A DNA stretch of 63,998 nucleotides, filler included, from Dirinaria sp. TL-2023a (taxonomy: Eukaryota): NCBI GenBank assembly GCA_051941275.1. It is 4 parts of 4 records of this genome, joined end to end, with 100 filler letters (N's around TTAATTAATTAA, not from the genome) between each part and the next. Parts side by side here need not be neighbours in the genome. Positions count along the whole stretch, not along the records: positions 16,672 to 33,230 come from JAVEBF010000484.1; positions 33,331 to 49,884 come from JAVEBF010000485.1; 2 more parts are not named here. The stretch is one strand, 5' to 3'. Position 1 is the first letter of the stretch. Each line of letters begins with the position of its first letter. The notes under the pieces were generated by a model that saw only the letters and a list, made by a program, of their open reading frames with translations, did not search any database and was not told the DNA's origin. The translations under genes and the position numbers were made by a program. Positions 24,519-37,046 of the stretch are shown piece after piece.

Positions 24519-27500
24519 ATGCCCGACCCCAAGACTCCATTGAAGGCGGATGAGGGAATCAATGGGATCATATCAGACCTGTCCGCCAAGTGGAGACTCC
24601 AATTGCCCCTCAGAGACAAGAATTGGAGTCCGGCGAAGCACGCCAATCAGTCTGTCGAGCACCAAATCCATTCGAGCATACGATATCTGTTCTTCAAAGA
24701 TCGTCCTGCACTCGATGATGCAATCCGCATATTTGAGAGACACGCGCCCAGTATAGAGACAAAATGGCCCTTCAAGCCAAAGGCCGAGGCCGACGTTATA
24801 CCAATTCGTACTCGCCTTGCGGCTGCACGTCGAGAAGAGTTCCTAGTGAACCAGGTTGACAAAGAAGAGAATGCGGTAGCTGAATTGAGGCAATGTTTGC
24901 TGGAAAAACTTCAGTATGCATGTACAGATTACAATAAGCGCAAAATCCAAGAAGAGGCAAAGCGAACAGAGCTTCAGGCGCAGGCACAGCTCAATCATAC
25001 TCTACAGCAAGGTTAATTAAGTCAACCTCTCTGCCGCGTGGAATGGTACTAATTCATCTTGAAGCGGAACCCCCAGAATTGCCCTCCGCTCGAAGCCGTG
25101 GGATACGAACAAACCTGAAGAGTCCGGAGAAGAGAAAGCAATCTACATTGAAGGAATGGTGCACGTCTCCGGTTCCGCAAAGCGTAACCCATCCCGACAA
25201 CTCCCCGAAAGCTCAGCATCCATCCTCGGATGAGTATCCTCTACATCAAGATGAGATGCAGGCTATGGACATTGACCCATCTGGAAACGTATATAGCACG
25301 GTTCAAACAGGTAGCGTCGAATCTATAGAGCACGGTTTCAAGACCGCACCAACTACGCCCTCGGATGAAATACCCCTTCCTCAAGAGGCAGATCGAGCTG
25401 ATCCTAATGATTTTGTCTTCGAAAAGCCCGACATGGTCCCTCTCAAGCCATCAGTTAGAAGCCCGACAAAAAAGAGACTCTATGAGGACGCTATTGAGCC
25501 GTCCATGCAACGCAAAGTTTCTCGTGAAGAGACCAGGTCATCAATTCCGCGTTCCCACGTTGCTAGCGGTGCACAAGCTACTGCTTCGTCAGCGCATAAA
25601 ATTACACCCCTTTATAATGACCCAACCCGGCAGCAGAAAGGGAGAGACAGTAGTTCTGTGAGCACTGGGCTTCAGCGATCATTTGGGAGTACTTCTTCCC
25701 TCGGATCATTCATGACGGGATTGTCAACGGGGCTGACTACCCCTAACACTTCATTTGAGCAGCCATCTACGTCGACTTCCTTGGACACATCCTATGATCA
25801 GTCCGAGGTAACCTTCACAATCTTAGAAAGGAATCGCTTGCAACTAGAGGCTTCTGAAAAAGAGCACCCGCATCCAAGGCGTGAGACTACATTTGTCGCT
25901 TCAGTAGACGAAACACTGAAACACCAAGATGACTTTGATTCTGATGCCATGGAACTGGATGATAGAGCAGACAGGCTAGGGGAGGAGCGGAGGCCAGAAA
26001 GCTCACTGCCGGTCGTTGAAGAACCCGTCACCTTTGGCTTGAACCCAACTGTAGAAAACTATCTGCAGACTAACTTATTTCAACAGTCACCATTTAGTCA
26101 GTGTTCACGATACGCTGTCTATAACTTTCTTCACTAATCAAATATAGGGGATATGACACCGAGCACGGCAACGAGCGTTCCATTCCGACAGTCCTACGAA
26201 GTTGTTCGAGTAGCAAACGCTTGTTGTTTACCACTAGCCACATTCGACCATTGTCTTCAAAATCGGATTGATGATTATGAGATCTTATGGTCGCGGCTGA
26301 CTGAATCTGTGAAGCTCTGTGGGAAAGTCATGCCCGAAAGATCACATCTTCTTGCTTGGGCAAAAGCTGAAACCAGGTTCGAGGGCGTGGCTTTGACTGG
26401 GAGTCTTAAGTACAACGACAAGGCAGGTGTACCGCTGCTTAGATTCGGCCTCGAACCTCTTAAGCTGGACTCTTACCGATTATCAAGGAAATATGGAGGC
26501 GATCGTTTCTGCATTCTCTCAATTCCTGGCATGGGCTTTGGCGATCTTCCCCAACACCTGAAAGCTGCGCATGGTCAGGTCTGCTGTACACTCGTTCAGT
26601 GGTTAGTGGACGAAGAACACATTTTCCTAGGACGGAAATGGCGAGCTTTTTTTGTGAAGCCTAACCAAAATAAGAAAAGTGCAGGAAGTAGCAAGAAGCC
26701 CAAAGCTGGGTATCGCATTTTCTTTTTCGCAGAAGATGGTGATGATTTCTTGCATCGAGAAACAGCTGGCGAACTTGATCCTCGAAGGCCAAACCACATT
26801 CCCACGACTCGTCAGTCAATGCTTGACTGGTTTATCCCAGTCGAGCGCAACGCAGATCAGACGGTTCTCAAATTCTTTGCACGCCTAGCTCTCGCAGTGA
26901 GTAGTACTAAAGCTTCAATAGAATTCGAGCCCTGTGAAATCATACGAAGCGATGATGCGCGAGCAGATAATCCCCAGCCTCGAGAAATTTCTATCGAGAG
27001 GTCAGACGAGAAGAAGACGAACCTCCGCCCTGTCCAGTCTGAAGCTAAAGTTATGAATGATGGCTGCGCTCGCATATCGCGCAAAGCTGCCAAGGACATT
27101 GCAAACAGCCTAGGTACTGACTATGTACCTTCTGTATTCCAAGGAAGAATAGCCGGTGCCAAAGGCATATGGATGGTTGATGCACTCGACGAAACTATAC
27201 CAAATGGTCGTGGGTACTGGATCGAGATCACGGATTCACAGCTTAAGTTCGAGGGACACAACTCTGACCAATGGGCGCCTGACCCGAAAAGGGTGACGTT
27301 CGAAGTGCAGAATTTCTCGAAGAAGCTTTCTGCCGCCAGTCTGAATTTTCAACTCATGCCCATTTTGGAGGACCGAGGTGTACCGTATGAAGTCTTCAAA
27401 AGGCTACTTGAAGAAGATCTGACGTCAAGGATATCGGAGCTTGAAGTCGCGATGCAAAGTCCTCTAGATATCAGAATCTGGAACCAAGAAAACAACCCGG

Positions 27501-29175
27501 TGACCGAGGAGCGCATCCAGAAGAAAGGTATCGAGATGGCTGGTGGCTTGCCGTTCTCTCTCGCCGAAAGGATAAATTGGTTCGTCGAGGTAATTGCATC
27601 CCATTGCTCACTCGAACGAGAGACTGATGATTTCAGCATGGTTTTCACCCCAGCACATGCCGGTTTCTCAAGGATCTCTTGTACAGAACAATCCATGACT
27701 ACTGCATGCGCCTTGAAAATCGAATGAACATAGGCCTTGGCCTGTCGACCTATGCATTTATGATAGCAGACCCCCTTGCGCTGCTTGAAGAAAATGAGAT
27801 TCACATTGGCTTCTCGAACCTCTTCCGAGACCTCAAATCGGGATGGAATGAGGTAATGCTTCATAACATTGATGTCCTGGTTGCAAGATTGCCAGCTTTA
27901 CTTCCATCTGACGTTCAAAAGGTACAATCTTGTTTCTACATTTGTATCACCTAAAATTGCTCGCATTCTAAGCAAATCGTGTAGGTTCGCGCGGTGTTTA
28001 AGCCCGAATTAGGCGTGTATCGTAACGTAGTTGTTTTTTCCTCCAAAGGACATTGCTCACTAGCTGAAAAGCTCTCCGGTGGAGATTACGACGGTGACAA
28101 AGCTTGGATATGCTGGGACCCGGATATCGTTGGCCCATTTCAGAATGCTGAGATTCCGAGACCACCACCCCTACAGGAATACGGTATCAGCAAAGATACT
28201 GTCAAGATGTGTGACTTGCTTGTTCAGCCAGATTACATGTCCAGATTCCTCAGGCACGGGTTCGAATTCAACCTACAGCCAAGCTTGCTAGGTTCATGCA
28301 CAATTTACCATGAAGCAATGTGCTATGCCAAGAGGTCCATCAACGACGACTCCGCGCTCTCCATTGCTCATCTATTAGGACTTTTGGTCGATCGTGCAAA
28401 AGCTGGCATCATCTTCGACGATGCGAAGTGGATCAACTTCCTAAGAAAAAGAAGGCTCCCCAAAAAGTTTCCGAAGCCCTATTACAAAGATAAGGAGAAG
28501 GCAAGACCTACAACCCACTTGATTGATAGGTTGCTCTTCGATGTCGCTAAAGGAGCGCGGGAAAAGGCTTTAGGTAATTTCACCAGGGCTTTTGCTAACG
28601 TAGGTTCTCAAGACGACCATCTCGTTCGGCGCTGGAAAGAGGAAAATGAAGATGCGAAGGATGACACCGTATTAAAGAGTGTACTTTCGCACCTGAAAGG
28701 CGACCTGAAGCGGGTACATGACTACTGGATGGATAACACAAGATCAGACGGGGATGACGATGAGAAGAACTCCTCCAAAAGGCCAGACATCCCAAGCTTT
28801 CATTCAGTGATAGAGAAATGTCGAGACGACTTCATCAAAGTGGAACCATTACCCGTCGAAGGACATCCAACGGTGACAAGATGGAGAAAGGCCCATTCGC
28901 GCAATCGGAATGAGTGGAGCCTGCTCAAAGCCAGCGCCATCTATCATGAATGGAGTCGCGGTAAATTTGCTTGGTATGTCGCTGGAATTGAACTAGGGGA
29001 GTTGAAAGCTACTGCAGGAGGAAGCACCTCTTATACCCCTATGGTCATGGAGATTGCCTCGACTCTGAAGTTGGATAGCAAGATGGTCAGGAGAAGGCAA
29101 AGAACAGAGATCGGAGACCTTGACGATGAGTATGGGTCTGATATCGACCTGGAGGACATGGACGATATCTGGTGA
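24519..29175 (+). CDS. Cellular RNA-dependent RNA polymerase, QDE-1-like (5 exons)
   Basis: MNDGCARIS, FQGRIAGAKGIW, ADP..LEENEIHIGFS, DVLVARLPALLPSDVQK|VRA and the catalytic LSGGDYDGDKAWICWDP. Confidence 0.93.
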
Positions 29176-29614
29176 GAGATGATCCATATACCCGATGAAC
29201 TTAAGCATATTATGACAGAAAGCGGGAAGAATTAGCAAAGACTTGATCAGAAGAATTTGTGAGGGCCCGCCGGACTCCGAGCGATCGATATCTTTGAGGC
29301 AAATAGGCACAGAAAGCTCCTACCCTTCGTATGGACAGTTTGACGACGTATCTCACGACCCGGGAGCAGTCTGCCACCGCCTTGCTGTTGCATGTTTGAG
29401 TAGAACTTAATTCTGGGAGATCGATTGTTGTAGGATAGGAACAAGATAAAGTTAATAGATAATGGTTCGACAATCATGTAATGCTTGTCATGGTGTGCCT
29501 TTCCCATGTATCCAATCCAAGTTTCCATTGCCAGATTTAGAATTCGTACCTACTCAATCGAGGAGAGAAACTTGACTGGATGATGATCACGTGAGATAGG
29601 GGTGTTCTCGTGGA

Positions 29615-29638
29615 CCTCGGCATCTCGCGAGACCGAGG
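29615..29638. promoter_or_regulatory. Inverted pair of CCTCGG/CCGAGG sites (FarA/FarB/Ctf1-type element)
   Basis: CCTCGG(29615-20)-CATCTCGCGAGA-CCGAGG(29633-38) lies ~150 nt upstream of the ATG of a PTS1-bearing enzyme. An E-box TCACGTGA is at 29587-29594. Confidence 0.55.
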
Positions 29639-29787
29639 CCCTTCAACGAGGCAGTCCATATTTTGGGATACATGTCCGGTGCCTCCAAAGATGGAGATCT
29701 ATTTCAACCGTTTAGCTTCAATTTGCTGCATAGTAGCAATCAAAGCTGCTTCTCCGATGCTTTCACTTCTTCCAAGCCAATAACGCA

Positions 29788-31069
29788 ATGCCTTTCACTA
29801 CTCAATTGACTAAGAAACTCGGCATCAAGGGTAAACTCGCCCCAGAATGTACAATGGAACTCAGCTGACACCTCTTCAGTACCTGTTGTCCAAGGCGGAA
29901 TGCAATGGTAAGCTTGCATAGTACTCCTACACCGATGTTTATACTCAAATGTCAAGGGTCGGCTACGCAGAGCTTGCCAGCGCTGTTAGCAATGCGGGAG
30001 GGTTGGGAATAGTACGCTGGATCCACTAAAGGCTGGCTGAGTCCTTGGCTAACAGCAGCTCAAGCTCACAGCTCTCACACAACCTTCTCCCGAGGACCTT
30101 CGCAAAGAGATCCGCCGTTGCCGAACCATGACTTCCTCCCCTTTCGGCGTAAACCTCACTCTTCTGCCTGCGCTCGTCCCACCCGACTATAACGGCTACG
30201 CCCAGGTCATCATAGACGAGGGCATCCGGATCGTCGAAACAGCGGGCAACAGCCCTGGTCCCGTTATCGAAAAGTTCAAAAAAGCCAACTGCACTGTCCT
30301 GCACAAATGTACCACAATACGGCACGCGCAGTCGGCGATCAAGCTTGGTGTTGATTTCCTCTCGATTGATGGGTTTGAGTGTGCTGGCCACGTGGGGGAG
30401 AGCGATATCACAAATTTCATTTTGCTCAGCCGAGCGAGGCAATCGCTGAAAGTACCCTTCATAGCCTCAGGCGGGTTCGCCGATGGACAAGGACTTGCTG
30501 CGGCCTTAAGTCTAGGCGCGGAGGGCATTAATATGGGCACGAGGTTTATGTGTACGGCCGAGGCTCCCATACATCGGAACGTTAAAGAGGCGATTGTTGG
30601 TGCACAGGAAACGGATACGGAGCTTGTGCTCAGAAGATGGAAAAATACTTCGAGATTATTTGGGAATAAGATTGCGAAAGAAGCCGTGCAAGTCGAAAAG
30701 GAGAGCACGAGTGGGAAATTCGAGGACGTCGCGCCCTACGTTAGCGGAAAGCGCGGGCGACAGGTCTTTATTAACGGAGATGTTGACTACGGAGTGAGAA
30801 ATTCTTGGACTGAACTCGGAAACGTCTTGCTAAATATAGAGCAGGTGTGGACAGCTGGCCAAGTCATTGGCCTGATCCATGATATCCCAACGTGCGACGA
30901 GCTAGTCAAGCGCATCGAGAAAGAAGCGGAACAGACTTTGATTAAGGCGAGCTCATTAATGTCTAATCATGAACCGGATTCATGGCCTGCGCCACCTGCT
31001 GGCAAGGTGGAAGACAACATGAATAACCCAGGAGCAGAAATATGGGGCGTAGGAAAGAGCAAGCTTTAG
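29788..31069 (+). CDS. Nitronate monooxygenase / 2-nitropropane dioxygenase (FabK-like) FMN enzyme with C-terminal PTS1 (SKL); 5 exons
   Basis: Spliced N-terminus MPFTTQLTKKLGIK|VPVVQGGMQW|VGYAELASAVSNAGGLGI, then DGFECAGHVG, IASGGFADG and GINMGTRF. The protein ends GKSKL*. Confidence 0.92.
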
Positions 31070-31847
31070 GTGCGTTTTTCACTCTCGAGGTTTATTGTAG
31101 CGTCGGAACTGAAAGCAAATGAAGCACAGACCACGATCATATCATTATTATAATTTACGAGAGATATCTAAGAGCTACAAGGCTTATCAGCCAGTAGTAA
31201 GCCATTTGTATGGCATTCTTCGTCGCAAGTGAAGCTCATAGTATGCTCAGCTTCTTAGAGCAAAATCAAGTATCTGTTACTTGCGCTGGCAGGGTGCTCA
31301 TTTCCAGAGCCTGTTAAGCACACCAGTAATTTCTGATAATCTGGCAGACGTACGAGTACCCGCGAAAATGACGCAGCACATTTTGACCACGGAAAACCCG
31401 CTGTCAAAAGGCTAATATTAAATTGTATCAATGTCACACAGTATGAGGAGCAGCGAGTAAGAAATAGGAACACCTTGACGCGCTCAGAGACAGGCCAAGG
31501 AATAAGTACTAATTCTTGCTCAAGACACGGAAAACACTAACATGAAATTTCTAACTCCAGCAATCCAATTCACCTTACTAACGGGAATAATTTCACCATT
31601 ACGAATTCAAATTGTACTCATGATAGACCCCAGTTATACTTCTCACTCCTCTCATTCACCTGGAAGCCACTCTCCGTCAATGTGCGGGCATGAAGCCATA
31701 ATAGAACTCTTTACCTCCTCGTCTTCACTTCCCTCATCTCTACTCCGCTAATCATTAGCTACGCGTCTTTTATTTTCCTTACTGCGACTATTCTGATCTT
31801 TCAAGGAGCCAGCGTATGATATTCAGAACAGACATGCTACTATAAAC

Positions 31848-32441
31848 ATGCTTCGGCTCATACAATGGATTGGCTTTGCGCTATAACTCTCAGTTGCGTA
31901 CAATGAACTAGCTACGTCTATCTAACTCTATTCTAACAGTATCTCGGAATCTCAAAACCTTTAAACCAAATTTCATCATATTACGTGGGCGTTCTTTCAT
32001 TTCCTCCAAAATATGGGCAAAGAAACGAACAAGAACTTGCTGAGCTTGTTCGATATACTCATATTTGCAAGCCGAATACCTCTTTCCAAGGCAGCCTTAC
32101 CTACCGATGCCCGCCGATTTATTCAGAATTTCATCCGCGCAAATCCTCTATATATAAGCAACCTTCTCTCCGCAACAACACTGTCTGATTCCTGCAGCTC
32201 AATAAAGCCGCATTTATACTTATCTAAACTGATAATTAGGCCATGAAAGAATTTGATTGAGAGCGACAAGATGCTCTTTTTGGATACCAAGCGAAGCCGA
32301 TTCAGATCAGCACGAGGTGGAAGACAAAATGCAGGAGGTTCAAATACTAACTTCAACAGCGAATCTGGTGAAGCAGAGTGGAAAGCTGATGAGAATCTTC
32401 TGATGATGATGATGAAACGCACAGCCCGATTTCACCAATAG
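31848..32441 (+). pseudogene. Possible decayed ORF of unknown family
   Basis: One reading frame runs ~200 codons with only four internal stops (3 TAA, 1 TGA). Track ORFs 32013-32246 and 32253-32441 share this frame. The context is AT-rich. Confidence 0.35.
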
Positions 32442-33230
32442 AGCGCTTTGCTAGGCGCTCTCAAATCGATTGAAATTTGCTGGTTGATGTTCTTCTATGA
32501 AATGCTCACAATTAAATATTAAGTTGCTGACTTCTACGATGTTCAGGTCCAGCATTGGATGACATTTCAGGAGAACCTGGAACTGAGCGGGTATCGAATT
32601 ATCGACATTGAAAGAACCATCGGGCAAGCAACCGAGCGGCACTATCAATGAAAAGCCTGACGGAGATGGAAACTGGCGATCACACTGATTGCATCAGCTT
32701 CGAAATGTTAGATTAGCTCTTGAGAGACGTCGAGAGAAGAGACTTCCGATGCCCAGCGATTGTACATGAAGCTTAACCGCATATTTCACGTGACGCTGCT
32801 TCTATCGATCTGCATTTCATAGGGATCTCTGATAGCAATTGACTGACCTTTTGACGTGGCTTCGAACGTCTGCTCAACGGTTGCTGGCGTCTTAATGGCA
32901 TAAGCTACAGGCGAGGCACAGACACACCGCGTGGACGCGGACGACGATTCTTGCTATTGAGTGAGAGGGACAAAAGAGCAGGTTGCTTCTATTGCTAAAA
33001 CTAATGACTGAGGAGCCAGAAAGAAGTGGGCGACCCCCAAATCAGGTGGCAGAGGATGATCGTTTCGACGCGTTTGAAATCTGTTGAGTATCCTGAATAA
33101 CATGATTATTTCACCCGATATAGCTCCACTATGGTAAGTGCTTGTCATTTGCGAGACTCATCGTCGCCACGATGCCCCCTGATCGCTGAGTACATCGCTG
33201 ACTGTGGCATAGGCTCCTCCTCGTGCTCGC

Positions 33231-33330
33231 NNNNNNNNNNNNNNNNNNNNNNNNNNNNNNNNNNNNNNNNNNNNTTAATTAATTAANNNNNNNNNNNNNN
33301 NNNNNNNNNNNNNNNNNNNNNNNNNNNNNN
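33231..33330. other. Artificial contig linker (N44-TTAATTAATTAA-N44)
   Basis: Same 100-nt linker. Confidence 0.98.
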
Positions 33331-34580
33331 AAGAAACAAAACCATGGGCAGGATAAGAATGAAATTTTACGTAAGCAAGCAGTCTGGTGAGATTAATCCG
33401 AGTAAGGAAGGAAGGAAGAAAGAAAGAAATTTGCGATGAGCCGTGATTTCTAAGAAGAAAGGATTTGAGAAATTTTGAGTTTTTTTTTTTTTTTTGGAAA
33501 TCTGAGAAAAGAGAGAATTGAGATTTGAAAAATTGGTAAATGATTTGCGCAAAATTATGCCTTTCCCCCCCCTCGTTTTTTCTCATTATATATCCAAATT
33601 TTCAGTTCAAGCGATCCACTTCTCTCCTCTCAAAGTGAATTCTTTCATGTTCATCCCTCTTTATACCGGCTTCCAAAAATTTCCGTCTGCTTGATCCAGT
33701 CTACTTATTTTTTGCAGTAGGAAGGATATTCGGTGCGGGTTCGCTGTGGTCTATAAGATTGGAGATTGTAGATGGAGGGTTAGAGGTAGGAATCTTGCTT
33801 TTTTTTTTCTACTGGGGTGGAGTTTTGTTGAAATCTTAAGAGAAAGAGAAAAAGAAAAAAAGGGGGAGGGGGGTGGTGTAGGGCAGGTAGAGATGCCGAT
33901 TTCTTTTTTTTCTTCTTCTTCTTTTTGTTTTTCTTATATCTGTGAGGTCTTTAGACCCCCCTCTCGCGTGCTGGCAATAGCCATGATGACGGCGGTCTGC
34001 CAGAGAAAAGCGAGAGAGAATTTTGCGATGATCTTTATTCTTGTTTTCTTTTCTTTTCTTGAGAAAGAGGGTAAGGGTATGGAGAGGAGTTGGGGGCTTT
34101 GGAAGAGGTGAATGGTATGAGAATCTGAGCAGCAGCACTGCAACGTATGTAGGTGACGTGGAATAACATCTGAAATTCAAAGTATGTCTGAGTGTTATCA
34201 CGGTTCTTCGAGTGATAAGGGACGGGAACACAGGAGTTGCACTGTAGAAAGTCGGTACTATGTACAAGATGTCTGAGAGGTATGATAGCTCTCTGGTGAA
34301 TAGGAATGGGGAAGCTGAGCGATGGTGGAAAATAGAGAAATAAGGTAGGTAGAAGTGGGAGGAGACCTAATATCTTGCAGGGTTCTTCTTGGTGCTCTGG
34401 GGTATATATGCATTCAGATAAGTCGGGCCACATTACTATTTTGATTGATCTCGGATCATTTAATCACTGCTGTTCAATAATCACAGCGCACTCAAAGTGA
34501 TCTCTTGGAAAAAATTAGGGAGAATGTCTAGACCATCCGAAGAGCTACGAAAAGCGAGAAAAGCAGGAGAATTGTCCTTC

Positions 34581-36590
34581 TCAGCTTTCTTCCTCATACC
34601 ATATCTCATCCTTCGGGCCCGCACCTTTCTCCAACCCAAGGCCTCTACATAGTTCCCGGTTACCCTCTGGTAATTCCCACGTCGCCATCACCTCTGGCTG
34701 CACCAGGAGCTGCATCATCAGCCCGGCCTCCGTATGCCAGCCGATATGGCAGTGAAAAGCCCAGATCCCCGGATTATCCGTCACTAATCTTATCAGAATC
34801 CATCCGAAAGCTTCCACGGAGGCTGTGTCCCTCCTTAACGGGTTGTTCAGATCGATGGCGGCATACATGCTGGGATCGAAATACCCATGCCCCTGGGCAA
34901 GCACAAAGTATTTGTAGCCATGGAGATGCAAGGGATGGTTCCCGTCATCGAAGTTCGAGATAAGCAGGTCAATGGTCTGGATGCCCGGGATTTGCAGGAC
35001 CATTTCGTTGCTGAGGTCGAAGGCTCGGTCGTTGATGCCGGTGGGCTGGGTGGCAAAACTTATATCGTGAGTAGTGTGGTTGATGACTCGGTCAAGGGAA
35101 GGAGAGTAGACGTCAGGTCGCCAAGAGCTCGTGTTGAAGAAACCTCTGCTGAGACGCCGCGCGCCAATCTCGAAATTGGAACGGATATAGAACGTTTCGT
35201 CTACTTTCGTAGGGGCCGCAACGCGTCTGACCGGGACAAGCTCTGACGTGTTCATGTCTCTGCATTCGACTTCGATCGTTTCATCCCAGTCCTTGCTCTG
35301 CGGAACCTTGAAAGTACCTCTCGTGACATTGTCATTTTCATAATGGATAATGGCACGCACTTCCGGCTCCAGGTCGGAGTTTTCCTCGGCGAAGCACGCT
35401 GTTATCATCCTTGCTCGGAGCCAAAAGGAATCTGCAGTGGTGACATTGGTGGAGACAACAATACTATAACGCTGCCCAGGGCTGATTTTGAGCCGATGGT
35501 AGAAGACAGGTTCAACATCTGTACCGTCAACCTCGGTAACAGCGAATACGTGCTCGTCAAGTTGAATCTGGAACTCTGCAAAGGCTCCGGTGTTGACAAT
35601 CCGCAGTCGGTGATTTTCATTTGCTGTCAAGTCGAAGATTGGCCGAGTCGCAGTCGAATTGTCGCAATCCTTGTGGGCCAACTTATCGCAATCCCGAATA
35701 TTCACCCCATTGATTAAGGCTCCGTCCGGGACCGGCTCAGCATTCTCTCGATCTGGTTTGAGGTAATCCATCAAAAGAGCACTGCTGAGATTGTGATAGT
35801 GGTCTTGCACCATCACTACTCTATCCGTGGCGTACTCCAACTTCTGCACCTTTCGTTCATCCTTGGCATGAACAATCAAAGGACCCATTAAACCGTCTGA
35901 CGGCTGAACTCCTTGATTGGCATGGTACCAATACGTGCCCGCTTGATGCTCGATGACGAATTCATACGTAAAACTCGTCCCAGGCGCAATAGGGCACTGC
36001 GTTATTCCTACGGTGCCGTCCATCCAATTGGTACCGTTTTGATAGATGCCATGCCAATGGAACGACGTCGCGTTTACGGCGCGATTGTCGACATGCACAA
36101 TGACGGTATCGCCTTCATTGCACTCAATGAGTGGTCCAGGAAATTGCCGATTGATCAATATCATTGGCCTGTAAACCCCATCCGGGTTGTGATCAGTATC
36201 ATCGACTCGCCAGTGGTACTCCCGGCGCGTGGGTGGTGCTGAAAAGTCCCAGTGTGCGTCTAATACATAGTCGTCAGTATGAATGGCTGATACGTTGTAA
36301 ACTTTTGAGGTAAGCGAGACTGAGGAGGTGGAAGGTCTGTTGAAGTTGGCGTTTAGCGTTGTTAGAAGGACAATGACTAGCAACACTGCTGGTACAACGG
36401 ATGCATAGGTTCGTCGAACACGACGAAAAGTCGATTGATGTCTTCGAGGCAGGCTTGGTGGGAGGAGATTCTCCTGGTTGGTTCTCTCGGTCTTCTCGGT
36501 AGCCTCATCACGATACCTTCCCAGCAAAGCCTCGGACTTTTGGGATAAGATCATGGACTCGTCCCCCTGTTCCGCTTGAGTCATCTTCAC
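34581..36590 (-). CDS. Multicopper oxidase (AA1, laccase-like) with N-terminal membrane anchor, intronless
   Basis: Cu motifs HWHG, WYHAN (normally WYHxH), HPLHLHG and HCHIGWHTEAGL. A hydrophobic VVPAVLLVIVLLTTL follows a cytoplasmic leader. Confidence 0.93.
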   Translation of the reverse strand: MKMTQAEQGDESMILSQKSEALLGRYRDEATEKTERTNQENLLPPSLPRRHQSTFRRVRRTYASVVPAVLLVIVLLTTLNANFNRPSTSSVSLTSKVYNVSAIHTDDYVLDAHWDFSAPPTRREYHWRVDDTDHNPDGVYRPMILINRQFPGPLIECNEGDTVIVHVDNRAVNATSFHWHGIYQNGTNWMDGTVGITQCPIAPGTSFTYEFVIEHQAGTYWYHANQGVQPSDGLMGPLIVHAKDERKVQKLEYATDRVVMVQDHYHNLSSALLMDYLKPDRENAEPVPDGALINGVNIRDCDKLAHKDCDNSTATRPIFDLTANENHRLRIVNTGAFAEFQIQLDEHVFAVTEVDGTDVEPVFYHRLKISPGQRYSIVVSTNVTTADSFWLRARMITACFAEENSDLEPEVRAIIHYENDNVTRGTFKVPQSKDWDETIEVECRDMNTSELVPVRRVAAPTKVDETFYIRSNFEIGARRLSRGFFNTSSWRPDVYSPSLDRVINHTTHDISFATQPTGINDRAFDLSNEMVLQIPGIQTIDLLISNFDDGNHPLHLHGYKYFVLAQGHGYFDPSMYAAIDLNNPLRRDTASVEAFGWILIRLVTDNPGIWAFHCHIGWHTEAGLMMQLLVQPEVMATWELPEGNRELCRGLGLEKGAGPKDEIWYEEES

Positions 36591-37046
36591 CTGTTATTGA
36601 GGCTGGTTGTTGACATGTCATGATGATCGAGTGACGAAGAAATCCGAGTGCGCGGACTTCGATCACGTGATTGAGAGATTGTCGGACCTCGTCTGATGGT
36701 CACGATAAGCAGAGTACGGAGTGTTGTGCCTTGACCGTTGAACAATTATTTGATGGTCTTCGACCAACCTAACAGATTGCAGCCTCGGCCCACGTGTGTC
36801 TTTCACTACCGTATTCGCGTTCGGCTGTGCCCGAAGGATCTGCAAGCTTCATGCACAGGGGACGATTAGAGCTGCAAAGCTACAGTTGACCGGCGGCCGA
36901 GGGACCCCCAGTCTTCATGTCTAGCCAATAATCACCGGTCAGAGACATGGCGTGATCATCAGTACCGAAATATTTCCAATTAAAAAAGACCCGCGTAGTC
37001 AGTGCAAAGTGACATTCCTTTTCACGTCTGTACTCTCTTCACTATG

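Noticed and set aside
24519..29175. Endogenous viral polymerase
   Set aside because: It has the DxDGD double-psi-barrel motif and spliceosomal introns of a cellular RNAi RdRP, not a viral GDD palm enzyme.
33331..34500. ORFs in the AT-rich, homopolymer-rich contig start
   Set aside because: Low-complexity F/K/S-rich translations with no domain or splice support.
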